Below are positions 37,043-46,440 of a stretch of DNA of 64,000 bases, piece by piece. Position numbers and translations under genes: made by a program. Under the pieces are notes generated by a model. It worked only from the letters and a program-made list of their open reading frames with translations, searched no databases and had not been told where the DNA came from. The stretch lies in assembly GCA_018970485.1 (NCBI GenBank), contig JAGWWH010000002.1, positions 2,465 through 66,464 of the forward strand, given 5' to 3'. The DNA is from Pseudomonadota bacterium. GTDB taxonomy: Bacteria > Pseudomonadota > Alphaproteobacteria > Rickettsiales > UBA1997. How positions within the stretch are numbered: the stretch's first letter is position 1; every line of letters starts with the position of its first letter.

Positions 37043-38338
37043 TTACCGACACGATAGTATTACCGCCTTGTCAAGAACACCCTTAAATTTCTTGTTCCAA
37101 TTTTCTATTGAGAACTCCTCTTTTAGGACATCCAAAGAGGCTAATTGATACCTCAATAGCATATCCCTGTCCTCAACAAGTTGAATTATATGTTGCGCCG
37201 CTTGGGTATAAACATCCTTATTAGGAAAATTGGCCAGTTTATAATCCTCTTGAAACATACCATCACTATCAAAGTAACCACTTTTGCCGCTCCATCCTTT
37301 AGCTACCAACCCATTGACTCCATGTTTAACATATTCGTCTATACCAAAACCATCGGCGGTCACGATGGCGCAAGAATGATTCATCGCCTGTAATAAAGTT
37401 GTCACAGCCAACCTGATAGCTGGAAATAACAATATATCGCTACTACCATATAAATTATCTATCTCCTCAATTGGAAGCTTCTTATCCAAAATATATATCT
37501 CTGGATTATCATAAATCATGTCCAGGTGCCTTCTACTGAGATCATTAGGAATTGGACACCTTAAGCGTAGCGTAACATTATTCGGCTTCTTGCTACTAAC
37601 TATATTAAACGCTTCCAGGGCATCAATTAGTCCGCGTCTAGCTAAAGCACTAGGATCCTGTGACCATCCGGACATAAATAAAATATTCACCTTCTCGTTA
37701 TTATTCTTCCTAGCTCGTGCCGGAAAATTTCCTACTTTTCTTCCGAGTGGTATTGAAGAAATTTTCTCAGCTACGCCCAGAGAATCTTTGAATAATGTCC
37801 TTAGACCTTCCGCCGTGGAATCTAGGTGCGATAGTATACCGACGCACTCTTTTTCCATAAACAAAACTTCCATGATTTTTATTATCTGCCTCGATGACTT
37901 ATCTAAGCTAATTAGAGAGCCATGATTAATATGAGGCAGCATAGGGGTAAACATATCTTCAATCTCAACAATCCAAGAATGATTAGGTATAAAGAACAAA
38001 GCGGATGGATATATTGCAATGGTATCGCGCCCAGGAATAATTCTTTCAATTTCTTGCCACTTTATCTCTCTGGATTTCCAAAAACGTTTTATATACCTAA
38101 ATCTGACTCCATTAAGTAAGAATTTGATACTATATCTGACTATACAAAATAACGCATTCAACCTAACGACTCTATTCTTAAAAAATGCAGCCACACCTCT
38201 ACTTTTAACATTTGGTAGTCTTTCTATGTAATAACCATCCGGGGGATATTTCGTGAACTGAAACACTGGATGGTTACCAAGCTGATACCTCAAGAAAACA
38301 CTCATCCATCCATGATAGAAAATTTTACGTTTTTTCAT
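37043..38338 (-). CDS. glycosyltransferase, GT-B (GT4-like)
   Basis: 431 aa. C-terminal pattern: ILLFPAIRLAVTTLLQAMNHSCAIVTADGFGIDEYVKHGVNGLV. Confidence 0.6.
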   Translation of the reverse strand: MKKRKIFYHGWMSVFLRYQLGNHPVFQFTKYPPDGYYIERLPNVKSRGVAAFFKNRVVRLNALFCIVRYSIKFLLNGVRFRYIKRFWKSREIKWQEIERIIPGRDTIAIYPSALFFIPNHSWIVEIEDMFTPMLPHINHGSLISLDKSSRQIIKIMEVLFMEKECVGILSHLDSTAEGLRTLFKDSLGVAEKISSIPLGRKVGNFPARARKNNNEKVNILFMSGWSQDPSALARRGLIDALEAFNIVSSKKPNNVTLRLRCPIPNDLSRRHLDMIYDNPEIYILDKKLPIEEIDNLYGSSDILLFPAIRLAVTTLLQAMNHSCAIVTADGFGIDEYVKHGVNGLVAKGWSGKSGYFDSDGMFQEDYKLANFPNKDVYTQAAQHIIQLVEDRDMLLRYQLASLDVLKEEFSIENWNKKFKGVLDKAVILSCR

Positions 38339-38363
38339 TATTCAATATTTCGCTATTCATTTA

Positions 38364-39479
38364 TCATTCTTTGATAGACTCGATACAAGACTTTATCTTG
38401 TATCTATCAGTGGTTGTGAGTTCTTTACTAAAAAACTCAAATAAACTCTCTGCCGCCATCTCTAAAGTCAGATTCCAATCATTGGCCGCTCCACCATCAG
38501 CACCATCGGTTATATATTTGATACACAAAAAAGGGATTTCTTCAGCCTTACAAATTTTAGCTAGAGCGTAGGATTCCATATCAACAAGATTGTAAGCTGC
38601 ATCTTTATTTGCTGAAGTATCAAAACTATCGCCAGTGCCACAAATTCCCTGTTTTAGGCCATTAATAGTATCTCCATATCGCAAAATCTGCTCATCGCCT
38701 TCATCAAAGGGAGTAACATATTTTTTAAATCCAAGACCACTCGCATCCATATCCCTCTGAATAAAACCAATACAATTTATCAGTTCACCTTTATTAAAAA
38801 CCGCACTTCCCGCACTGCCTAAATTCAATACTAATTTCGGCTTCTTTTTATTGATCGCTTTCATCAAAGCGTAAGAGGCATTCGTTTTGCCAACGCCGGT
38901 GTAGATAACATTTTCCTTTGCGAAATATCCCTGACATTCGCTCTCTAAGGCCATGACGATCAAGATGTCATTGTCGTAATATTGAATTAGGGATTTTGCC
39001 TTAAGGCCCTGCCAAGAAAAATTATTGAGGAATTTTAGATCGAGCAAAACCGCAATATCCAAAACATCGTAACCAGCTCTTTTACAAAGATTCGCGGCGG
39101 CGGCGAGAGTCCCACCAGTTGCCAAAACATCGTCGATTATGATCACTCCACCGCTACCTGGAGACATCTCAATCTCGGCAGTTCCATATTCCAAAGAATA
39201 TTTTTCGGAGACGGTTGGAGGTGGTAATTTTCCGGCCTTGCGGATCATGATAAATCCTTTGCCCAGATGCTGCGCTAAGGCAGATCCAAAAACAAATCCT
39301 CTCGAATCGATGCCGGCGATGTAATCTGTTTTATCGAGAATTTCTTTATCAAAAAGCGCGGCGAAAGCGCTAATGGTTTCTCTAAGTTTTTCTTTCAGCA
39401 AAGGCGAAACATCTTTGAATGTGACACCTTTTTTCGGAAAGTCTTTGGTATCGACTATGTAACGCTCTAAATCCTGCAT
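38364..39479 (-). CDS. fusion protein: adenine phosphoribosyltransferase (N) + MTA/SAH/5'-deoxyadenosine nucleosidase-like (C)
   Basis: The N-terminal half has Apt motifs (DTKDFPKKGVTFKDVSPLL, GIDSRGFVFG, VIIIDDVLATGGT). The C-terminal half has MtnN/Pfs-like motifs (TGVGKTNA, NLGSAGS, GTGDSF, VDMESYA, YITDGAD). Confidence 0.8.
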   Translation of the reverse strand: MQDLERYIVDTKDFPKKGVTFKDVSPLLKEKLRETISAFAALFDKEILDKTDYIAGIDSRGFVFGSALAQHLGKGFIMIRKAGKLPPPTVSEKYSLEYGTAEIEMSPGSGGVIIIDDVLATGGTLAAAANLCKRAGYDVLDIAVLLDLKFLNNFSWQGLKAKSLIQYYDNDILIVMALESECQGYFAKENVIYTGVGKTNASYALMKAINKKKPKLVLNLGSAGSAVFNKGELINCIGFIQRDMDASGLGFKKYVTPFDEGDEQILRYGDTINGLKQGICGTGDSFDTSANKDAAYNLVDMESYALAKICKAEEIPFLCIKYITDGADGGAANDWNLTLEMAAESLFEFFSKELTTTDRYKIKSCIESIKE

Positions 39480-39481
39480 TA

Positions 39482-41002
39482 TTAATCGCCCAAAATTCTT
39501 CTTTTAACTTTGATTTGTGTTGTGCTTGCAACATTTTCTCTAGCTCTTGGGCCAAATTTAGATTCAAGCATCGAGAGATATTTCGGACTAGTGTGAACAT
39601 CCATCCAAGCCTTGTCTCTAAAGCCCAAAATCTGTGCGTTAGTTAAGTGATCGTTTGATAGATTTAGAGTCTCGTAAGAGTGCTGACTATAACCTTCATA
39701 TTTCTTCGGAAGTTCCCATCCCTTCTTCTTCGCAGTTAAGTGAAGTGGGCTTCCAGGATAGGCCATCGCGGAATAGAAGTTGATCATTTCGGTCGGATTT
39801 TCCAAAGCAAAATCCAAAGTATCCTGCATTGATTCCATTGTATCCATCGGCAAGCCAAAAATGTAATTTCCAGCAACGTTGATCCCGGCATTTTGGATAT
39901 CGCGAATCACGTCGAGAATTTTAACTTCTTGGAATCCGTCTTTGTGAACTTCGCCTCTGAGCTTAGTATTTGGATTTTCGATTCCGAGCGCGAGCCAATT
40001 CACACCTGCTTTCTTGAGAGTTTCTAGATATTTAGGTTTGCAAGTATCGATGCGAGAATATGCCCAAATATTGAAGCCGTAATTTCTTTCGATGAGCATT
40101 TCGCAAATTCTCATGAAGTGCTGTGGACTCAATACGAAAAGCTCGTCAGCGATCTTGATATTTTTCACGCCCATCGCCGCGATTTGATCGAATTGCTTGA
40201 TGATGAATTCAGGATTCCACCATCTGAACTTATTGCTATCCGCACTTGAAATATCTGCGCCCTGCTCGGTTCTGCTGATGATGTTAATCATGCAGAAAGA
40301 ACATTTATTTGGGCAGCCGAGACTGGTGTAAATTGAAGCGAATGGAGCTTTGTCAGAATTATTTGACCAAGAGTGCCAACCAGAAGTTCTGTATTTGTTG
40401 ATGTTTGGCAATAGATCCCAAGCCATTCCAGGCAAATCGGTTTCTAGATTTTCTCTCGCAACGATCGGAGAAATTTTATTCAAAATCACGTTGCCGTTAA
40501 TTTTAAAACCTAAGCCGCCAACTTTTTTCAGCTGAGTTTCATCTTCTAAATCTGTGACCTTAAGCAAATCGCTGATAGTATAAACACCTTCATTTTGACA
40601 GATCATGTCAACCGATGGTTCGGCTAAAGTTTCATAAGGAAGCGCTGAAGCGTGAGGGCCGACGAATAAAATTTTTGAATCTGGAGCGAGCTCTTTAAGC
40701 TTGTCTGCAGTCTCAACAGCGCCAGACATGTTTTGCGATGATGAGCTTGGTTGCTGTCCGTAAACTACGATACAAACGATTCTCGCATTAGCTTCTTTGA
40801 TCTGTTTTGCAGATTCATCGGTATCTAATCTTTCTGCTTCGCAATCCAAAATTGCAGTACCGAAACCTAAACTTCTGCATCTATTTGCCAACATAGCTGC
40901 CCAGATTGGCGGCTCAATTGCAGAGTGATCCGCACTAAGAGATTGATATATTTTTTTAGCGCCATTTGGTTGGACAAAAAGTATGTCTAATTTTTTTTGC
41001 AT
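39482..41002 (-). CDS. B12-binding-domain radical SAM enzyme (class B)
   Basis: 506 aa. It has an N-terminal Rossmann-like cobalamin-binding domain (ILFVQPN..., IVCIVVYGQ) followed by the CX3CX2C motif in SLGCPNKCSFCMI. Confidence 0.85.
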   Translation of the reverse strand: MQKKLDILFVQPNGAKKIYQSLSADHSAIEPPIWAAMLANRCRSLGFGTAILDCEAERLDTDESAKQIKEANARIVCIVVYGQQPSSSSQNMSGAVETADKLKELAPDSKILFVGPHASALPYETLAEPSVDMICQNEGVYTISDLLKVTDLEDETQLKKVGGLGFKINGNVILNKISPIVARENLETDLPGMAWDLLPNINKYRTSGWHSWSNNSDKAPFASIYTSLGCPNKCSFCMINIISRTEQGADISSADSNKFRWWNPEFIIKQFDQIAAMGVKNIKIADELFVLSPQHFMRICEMLIERNYGFNIWAYSRIDTCKPKYLETLKKAGVNWLALGIENPNTKLRGEVHKDGFQEVKILDVIRDIQNAGINVAGNYIFGLPMDTMESMQDTLDFALENPTEMINFYSAMAYPGSPLHLTAKKKGWELPKKYEGYSQHSYETLNLSNDHLTNAQILGFRDKAWMDVHTSPKYLSMLESKFGPRARENVASTTQIKVKRRILGD

Positions 41003-41112
41003 AGTTTTGATTTAGGTCAAATTAATTTGATTTTACTCGAGTATCTCATCAAGTTGAAGCGCACCCGAACTAATCGAGTCGCCTACATTTCAAAAAACTT
41101 TAAAGAACTTTC

Positions 41113-41991
41113 ATGAAAGAAATCTACAACGATCTTCCAGTGGGAAAACAGCAAGAATTTATGAGAAACTTTTTTGAAACAAAAAGTTTTATCCAAGAAA
41201 AATTTGGCGCAGATAGCCTCAATTTAGAAGAAAATTTCTACACCAAACAACTGCGCAACTATTTCGATTCAACGATCAAAAAACGCCTAAATATCGGATT
41301 CGATAAATTAGAAAATATTCACAAAAGCGTAGATGATCAACTTACCTCTTACGACTTCGATTACGGTATCAATGGCATAACCAAAGCCTTATACGACATG
41401 GACGAAGAGTTCGTTTCAATTTATCACGACTTCATCAAAAACTGGATCGGTAAAAACATCGCCGACGGAAGAAAATTTTGGTTTCAAAAAACTCCTACCA
41501 TTCGAGTTCACTGCCCAGGAGCAAATTCAAAAACCGTTTATCCAGCATATCACAACGATACTTTTCTAGGTCATCATCCTTACGAATTAAATATTTGGAT
41601 TCCATTGACCTACCTAGGAAATGAAGGCCACGGCTTTGATTTGATGGACGTAAATGAATCGAAAGAAATTCTAAAGCCGTATGATTTTGATATTTTTAAG
41701 TACTACGCAGAAGTAAGAAATCACAGCAGCCAAGCATTCAAGGTAACCAGCGAAAAAGCTAAGCCAGTAACTACGGAGTTTGGTCAAATTTTATTGTTTG
41801 ATGTCAGATCACTTCACAGCACTATGCCGATGCATCAACAAACCCGCGTCTCGATGGATGTTAGAATTATTTTTGATGAAGATAAAAATAATCATCCCTT
41901 TGCTCACACCGGACTTGGCAGAATGAAAACACCTTTTGAGCCCGGAGCTTATTACCACGAAAAAGCCGTGCAGAACTCTAGCTTCGCATAG
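41113..41991 (+). CDS. putative non-haem Fe(II)/2-oxoglutarate oxygenase (PhyH-like)
   Basis: 292 aa. A candidate H-x-D (AYHNDTF), a distal His and an Arg (LFDVRSLHSTMPMHQQTRVSMDVR) match the facial triad and 2OG-binding Arg spacing. This is a weak call made by eye. Confidence 0.45.
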   Translation: MKEIYNDLPVGKQQEFMRNFFETKSFIQEKFGADSLNLEENFYTKQLRNYFDSTIKKRLNIGFDKLENIHKSVDDQLTSYDFDYGINGITKALYDMDEEFVSIYHDFIKNWIGKNIADGRKFWFQKTPTIRVHCPGANSKTVYPAYHNDTFLGHHPYELNIWIPLTYLGNEGHGFDLMDVNESKEILKPYDFDIFKYYAEVRNHSSQAFKVTSEKAKPVTTEFGQILLFDVRSLHSTMPMHQQTRVSMDVRIIFDEDKNNHPFAHTGLGRMKTPFEPGAYYHEKAVQNSSFA

Positions 41992-42898
41992 ACGCCTTCA
42001 AGAGGTAGAATAGAAATTTAGCGGCACCATTCTCTTTGATACCCAAGCCGAAGTTCCTTTTGGCTTCTGAGAAATTTTTGAATTTGAGGTGCCGCTTCAC
42101 CAATTTCGCACGATATTTCTTCACCCATTTTCTAAACTTTTTTTCCCAGGTTGGGTTTAGCAAATACCTAAATTCATCACTTAAAAACCTTTGAGCGATC
42201 AGAACTTTATCTTCGATGTAGATTGGGTTTTCTTTGTAGCCACTGGAGAAGCTATTCGATTTTTCGCTAAGCAAATAATTGTAGCCCACCTCATCCACGA
42301 CAAGATTGCGGACATTATTTAGAATTAATCTGATCAGTAATTCTGTATCGTTACTAAGAAATGACTGTCCAGCTTTGATGGTCTTTAATGGCAGACCATA
42401 TTTTAGAAATACGTCCTTCTTAAAAAATTTCGCATTAATACCGAGGCAAGCGCAGTCTTTGTTTTTATCAAGCTCAACATCTAGTGTGGTGCTCTCTTCC
42501 ACCGTCGCATATTCATTATTTTTAAGCTCCACAACTCTATATCTAAATGATGCCACATCTAAATTTTGATCTTGCTGGAACAACCTTCCCACCTTCAACA
42601 AAACGCCATCTTCATAAAAATCATCCGCATTTAAATAACCGATAATTTCTCCATTCGATAATCCCACCGCTTTACTATAAACCTCTGAAGCGCCTTGATC
42701 ATTTTCACTTTTCCAGAAGGAAATTTCTTTCTCGTATTTTTTGATAACATCAAGAGTTCCATCGACAGAATTACCATCCAAAATGATATATTCGAGGTGA
42801 GGATAACCTTGTGCAATAACGCTCTGAATCGCTTTTTCTATTGTTCCCGCAGAGTTTTTAACGACCGTGATAATTGTGATTTTTGGTAAATTATTCAT
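41978..42898 (-). CDS. glycosyltransferase family 2
   Basis: 306 aa. N-terminal GT-A pattern: ITIITVVKNSAGTIEKAIQSVIAQGYPHLEYIILDGNSVDGT, then NADDFY. Confidence 0.8.
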   Translation of the reverse strand: MNNLPKITIITVVKNSAGTIEKAIQSVIAQGYPHLEYIILDGNSVDGTLDVIKKYEKEISFWKSENDQGASEVYSKAVGLSNGEIIGYLNADDFYEDGVLLKVGRLFQQDQNLDVASFRYRVVELKNNEYATVEESTTLDVELDKNKDCACLGINAKFFKKDVFLKYGLPLKTIKAGQSFLSNDTELLIRLILNNVRNLVVDEVGYNYLLSEKSNSFSSGYKENPIYIEDKVLIAQRFLSDEFRYLLNPTWEKKFRKWVKKYRAKLVKRHLKFKNFSEAKRNFGLGIKENGAAKFLFYLLKASMRS

Positions 42899-43022
42899 GA
42901 TTATTTCTAGCTACTTATTTTCTTATGTTTTGTACAAATGGCATCAAATTCGACTCACTTCTGCAGCGAGATTTTTTTTATAAATTTCGATTCTACGACC
43001 CTATTTTGTCATAATTTTTGAA

Positions 43023-45083
43023 TTAAAACGGTCCTTTAAACTCTTCGAGCTCTTGGTTTTTCAAATCGATTTTTGACCAGTTAACTTTTTTCCCACCGAG
43101 CATTTCGCAGACTTTATCTGAGATAGTTTTGCTGTTTGGATAGAATAAATCTTCGAGAGATTTTGTTGTCGGGCATGTTGTCGCTGCAAAGCCCATGCGA
43201 GCGATTTGAATTTTTTTATTGGGGAATTCTTCGCAAATTCTGGCGATGATTTCCGCAGAGGTTCCGAACTCAATCCAGCCATTATCAACCACTAAAATCT
43301 TTCCGGTTTTGGCGACAGATTTTTTGATCAATTCAATATCGAGTGGATTAATCCAAATCGGATCAATCACCTCGGCACTAACTCCGATTGACTCAAGATG
43401 ATGTGCTGCGCGAGTGACTTCCAACGCCATGTGCGAGATACCAACAACTGTGATGTCTTTTCCTTCTTTAACGATTCGACCTTTGCCAATTTCCATTTCA
43501 AAAGCCTCTACAGGCACATAGCTCTTAGAGTTACAAAGCAAGCGATGTTCCATAAAAACCACCGGATTATTATCACGAATCGACGCGATCATGCAACCTT
43601 TTGCATCATGCGCGTTTGATGGAGCTACTACGCGCATACCGGGAATATGAGCAAATAATGAATGGAGGGCCTGTGAATGCTGCGCACCTTGTCCCCAAGA
43701 TCTACCAATCATCGTGCGCACAACCAATGGAATCGATAGCGCGCCATTATACATGTAATGCGCTTTCGCCGCCATGTTGATAAGCTGATTCGCTGCCAAA
43801 GTCATAAAATCCATTCTGATATGAACGTGAATTGGACGTAAGCCATACATTGCAGCACCTACGGCAACACCGGTCATAGCATCTTCAGAAAGCGGGGTTC
43901 CGAATAATCTTTCTGGTCCAAATTTTTCAATTCCATCAGTTGAACCTTGAATTTTTTTGTGATCGTCAACGTCTAAACCAAAGACAAAAACTTTTTCATC
44001 GCGCGCCATTTCTTGAATGCAAGCTTCAGCAATTGCATCAACGTAACGAATTAATTTTTGCTCAGATTTTTTTGTGATCGCTTTATCTTTGATCGTTTCA
44101 AGCCTTGGCGCGAGCACGTTCTCGAATAATTCTTTTACACCAGGAAATTTTGATTTTTCAGAAAACTCGATTGAGTCAGCGATTTTTTTCTCAACTTTTT
44201 TAGCGATTTTTTTCAGCGAATCGGAATCGAGCATTTTTGCTAAACGATCAATCTGATCATTGGCAAGCCAGGTTTTATATGTGTCAAGACAACGATATTC
44301 TTCATTCAAATCTTCAGTTGGTCCGACATGTTCTTTGTAGCGATAGGTATGACACTCGATAAAAATTGGCCCGTTTTCTGAATTACTTTTGATCTTTTTT
44401 ACCGCTTTATCGACTGTTTCGCGAATCTTAAAAACATCACCGTTAGTAATGCGATGAGTCTCAATTCCGTAGGTTGCGACACGCTCACAAATTTTGTCAG
44501 TTGGCCATCTACGCTCGATTGGATTGTGAATTGCCAAGCCATTATTTTCGCAAATAAAAATGATCGGAAGTTTGTGCAGCGCAGCAAAATTTATACTTTC
44601 AGAAAAACATCCTTCTTCGGTTGCGCCGTCACCAAACATGGAAACTACAACTCGTTGTTTACCGGTTTTTTTTGCTTCTCGCTTTAATGCCATCGAGTAA
44701 CCCACAGCAACAGGAATGGTTGTACCAACGACTGCAGAAGCTCCCATGATTCCAAAATCCATGTCGATTAAATGCATCGATCCAGCTTTGCCACCAGCAC
44801 ATCCGTCTTTCTTACCATAAAGTTCTGCCATCATTTTATTTAGATCTCCGCCCTTGGCAATGTGAGTAGCGTGACATCTGTAAGTGTTAGAGATGATATC
44901 GTCTTTTGCTAAAACATCACAAACTCCAACTGCTACAGATTCTTGACCGATTGACAGATGAACCGGACTTTTGATGGCGTCAGTGTGATAAATTTCGGCT
45001 ATTTTTTCTTCGAATTTTCTGATTAGAAGCATCGATTCATAGAGACGCAGAGTTAGGTCTTTAACTTGAGAATTTGTAGGCAC
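43023..45083 (-). CDS. fused ThDP-dependent 2-oxoacid dehydrogenase E1 alpha + beta subunits
   Basis: 686 aa with a GTG start. The alpha part has LLIRKFEE and the ThDP motif GDGATEEG...ICENNG. The beta part has FGLDVDD, FGTPLSEDAMTGVAVGAA, QHSQAL and a transketolase-C-like end. No E2 or E3 genes are nearby. Confidence 0.85.
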   Translation of the reverse strand: MPTNSQVKDLTLRLYESMLLIRKFEEKIAEIYHTDAIKSPVHLSIGQESVAVGVCDVLAKDDIISNTYRCHATHIAKGGDLNKMMAELYGKKDGCAGGKAGSMHLIDMDFGIMGASAVVGTTIPVAVGYSMALKREAKKTGKQRVVVSMFGDGATEEGCFSESINFAALHKLPIIFICENNGLAIHNPIERRWPTDKICERVATYGIETHRITNGDVFKIRETVDKAVKKIKSNSENGPIFIECHTYRYKEHVGPTEDLNEEYRCLDTYKTWLANDQIDRLAKMLDSDSLKKIAKKVEKKIADSIEFSEKSKFPGVKELFENVLAPRLETIKDKAITKKSEQKLIRYVDAIAEACIQEMARDEKVFVFGLDVDDHKKIQGSTDGIEKFGPERLFGTPLSEDAMTGVAVGAAMYGLRPIHVHIRMDFMTLAANQLINMAAKAHYMYNGALSIPLVVRTMIGRSWGQGAQHSQALHSLFAHIPGMRVVAPSNAHDAKGCMIASIRDNNPVVFMEHRLLCNSKSYVPVEAFEMEIGKGRIVKEGKDITVVGISHMALEVTRAAHHLESIGVSAEVIDPIWINPLDIELIKKSVAKTGKILVVDNGWIEFGTSAEIIARICEEFPNKKIQIARMGFAATTCPTTKSLEDLFYPNSKTISDKVCEMLGGKKVNWSKIDLKNQELEEFKGPF

Positions 45084-45133
45084 TTTTTTGCAATTTAATT
45101 AATTTTAACTGGACAAAAATCGTTTCGAAAAAA

Positions 45134-46369
45134 TCAAAAGGCAACGAGAGGAATTTTGTTTTTAAGCACCAAAAATTTTCGAGCTATTTTTGCGCTATCC
45201 GCCGCCTGCATGTCGATCTCTTTATCGCCAATCATTAGAGATTTTCTTGGATCGATGTTAAATTCTTCAATTGCCCTCAGAAGCATACCCGGCGCCGGTT
45301 TGCGATCAAATGAGTTTTGACGATATTTTTCAAATTTTCCTTCTGGGTGATATGGGCAGTAAAAAGTTTTGGTGATTTTTATTTCGCGTTTTTGGAACTC
45401 ATTTTCCATCCATTTTGTTAAGTCTAAAAACTCTTCTTCGCTGTAAAAACCTTTAGCAATTCCACCCTGATTTGTGACGACGATTAGCAAATATCCAAGA
45501 TCTTGTGCGCGTTTGCAGAGATCGAAAATTCCGTCGATAAAATCGAATTTTTCTTTCTCAAAAACATGTCCGTGATCGATGTTAATTACACCGTCGCGAT
45601 CGAGAAATAATGCTTTGTTTTTAATGAGATTTGGCAGCTCTTTTTGCGCTCTGGCGTAATCATCAGGAATGCCAATATCGATGAAATATCCATCTGCTAT
45701 AAAAGCTTGCGGCTCAAGCCATGAAAGCTCTTTCGCTAAAAAGTCAGACTCAAAAGAAAATGCCTCTGGAAGTGAAGATCTTTTAAAGATTTTTGGATCT
45801 AAAAGATAAATCCCGCCATTGATGAATCCGGGATTTTTTTCTGACGATTTTTCTTCGAAATTTTTGATCACGAAATTCTCGTCAAAAACTACGCGTCCGT
45901 AACGTGAACAATCTTCTATTTTACGCAAAACCATCATCAGACTGGATCGCCACCCCGAACTTTGTTCGACTCGCGATGACGCGTCTCCGTCATTGCGAGA
46001 AGCGAAGCGACGAAGCAATCCAGAATAATCTACCTCTAAAAATGAATCCCCATTCAGCACTAAAACTGGCCTGTTTTGATCGATAAATTTAAGTGAATTT
46101 ATGATTGCTCCGCCAGTGCCTAAAGGCTTGTCTTCTTTGGCATAAGAGACACTCATTCCTAAATAATTATCGCCAAAATATTCGATGATCTTTTCCTGCA
46201 AATAACCCACCGAGATCACCACTTTTTTTACGCCGTGATTGCGCAAATTCTGCAAAAGATAGGCTAGAAAAGGTTTACCGGAAATATCGGCGAGAGGTTT
46301 TGGCACATCCTTTACAACTGCTTGTAATCTAGTTCCAAAGCCACCCGCTAAAATTATTGCCTGCATCAT
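45134..46369 (-). CDS. fusion protein: sugar-1-phosphate nucleotidyltransferase (HddC-like) + D,D-heptose 1,7-bisphosphate phosphatase (GmhB-like)
   Basis: The N-terminus has AIILAGGFGTRL and VLNGDSF. The C-terminal half has the HAD motif ALFLDRDGVIN, VVTNQGGIAKG and CPYHPEG. It contains a repeat-derived in-frame segment of about 27 aa (residues about 116-143). Confidence 0.8.
   Translation of the reverse strand: MMQAIILAGGFGTRLQAVVKDVPKPLADISGKPFLAYLLQNLRNHGVKKVVISVGYLQEKIIEYFGDNYLGMSVSYAKEDKPLGTGGAIINSLKFIDQNRPVLVLNGDSFLEVDYSGLLRRFASRNDGDASSRVEQSSGWRSSLMMVLRKIEDCSRYGRVVFDENFVIKNFEEKSSEKNPGFINGGIYLLDPKIFKRSSLPEAFSFESDFLAKELSWLEPQAFIADGYFIDIGIPDDYARAQKELPNLIKNKALFLDRDGVINIDHGHVFEKEKFDFIDGIFDLCKRAQDLGYLLIVVTNQGGIAKGFYSEEEFLDLTKWMENEFQKREIKITKTFYCPYHPEGKFEKYRQNSFDRKPAPGMLLRAIEEFNIDPRKSLMIGDKEIDMQAADSAKIARKFLVLKNKIPLVAF
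45942..46023. repeat. family-B palindromic element inside the hddC-gmhB coding sequence
   Basis: CTGGATCGC...CGCGATGACG-CGTCTC-CGTCATTGCGAGAAGCGAAGCGACGAAGCAATCCAG. The outer arms (CTGGATCGC / GCAATCCAG) and inner arms (CGCGATGACG / CGTCATTGCG) are each complementary with one mismatch by hand. Confidence 0.8.
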
Positions 46370-46440
46370 TTATGAGTAATTATTCATCCCTGTACAAATT
46401 CACAAATTCGGTTCCAAAATTTTTCTCCAATCTTCCAACC

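Noticed and set aside
38364-39479. The PRTase + nucleosidase/phosphorylase fusion as an anti-phage effector (PRTase and PNP-like domains occur in some defence systems).
   Set aside because: Both halves carry the ordinary Apt and MtnN catalytic motifs. There is no sensor or partner typical of defence loci, and the gene is embedded in a biosynthetic operon next to a radical SAM gene that provides a metabolic rationale.
43023-45083. The E1 alpha-beta fusion as housekeeping pyruvate or branched-chain 2-oxoacid dehydrogenase, and the 50350-52098 ThDP enzyme as IlvB acetolactate synthase.
   Set aside because: There are no E2/E3 or ilvN/ilvC neighbours. Both sit inside overlapping-gene strings of nucleotide-sugar and glycosyltransferase genes, so a glycan-tailoring role is more parsimonious. 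This is still unproven.
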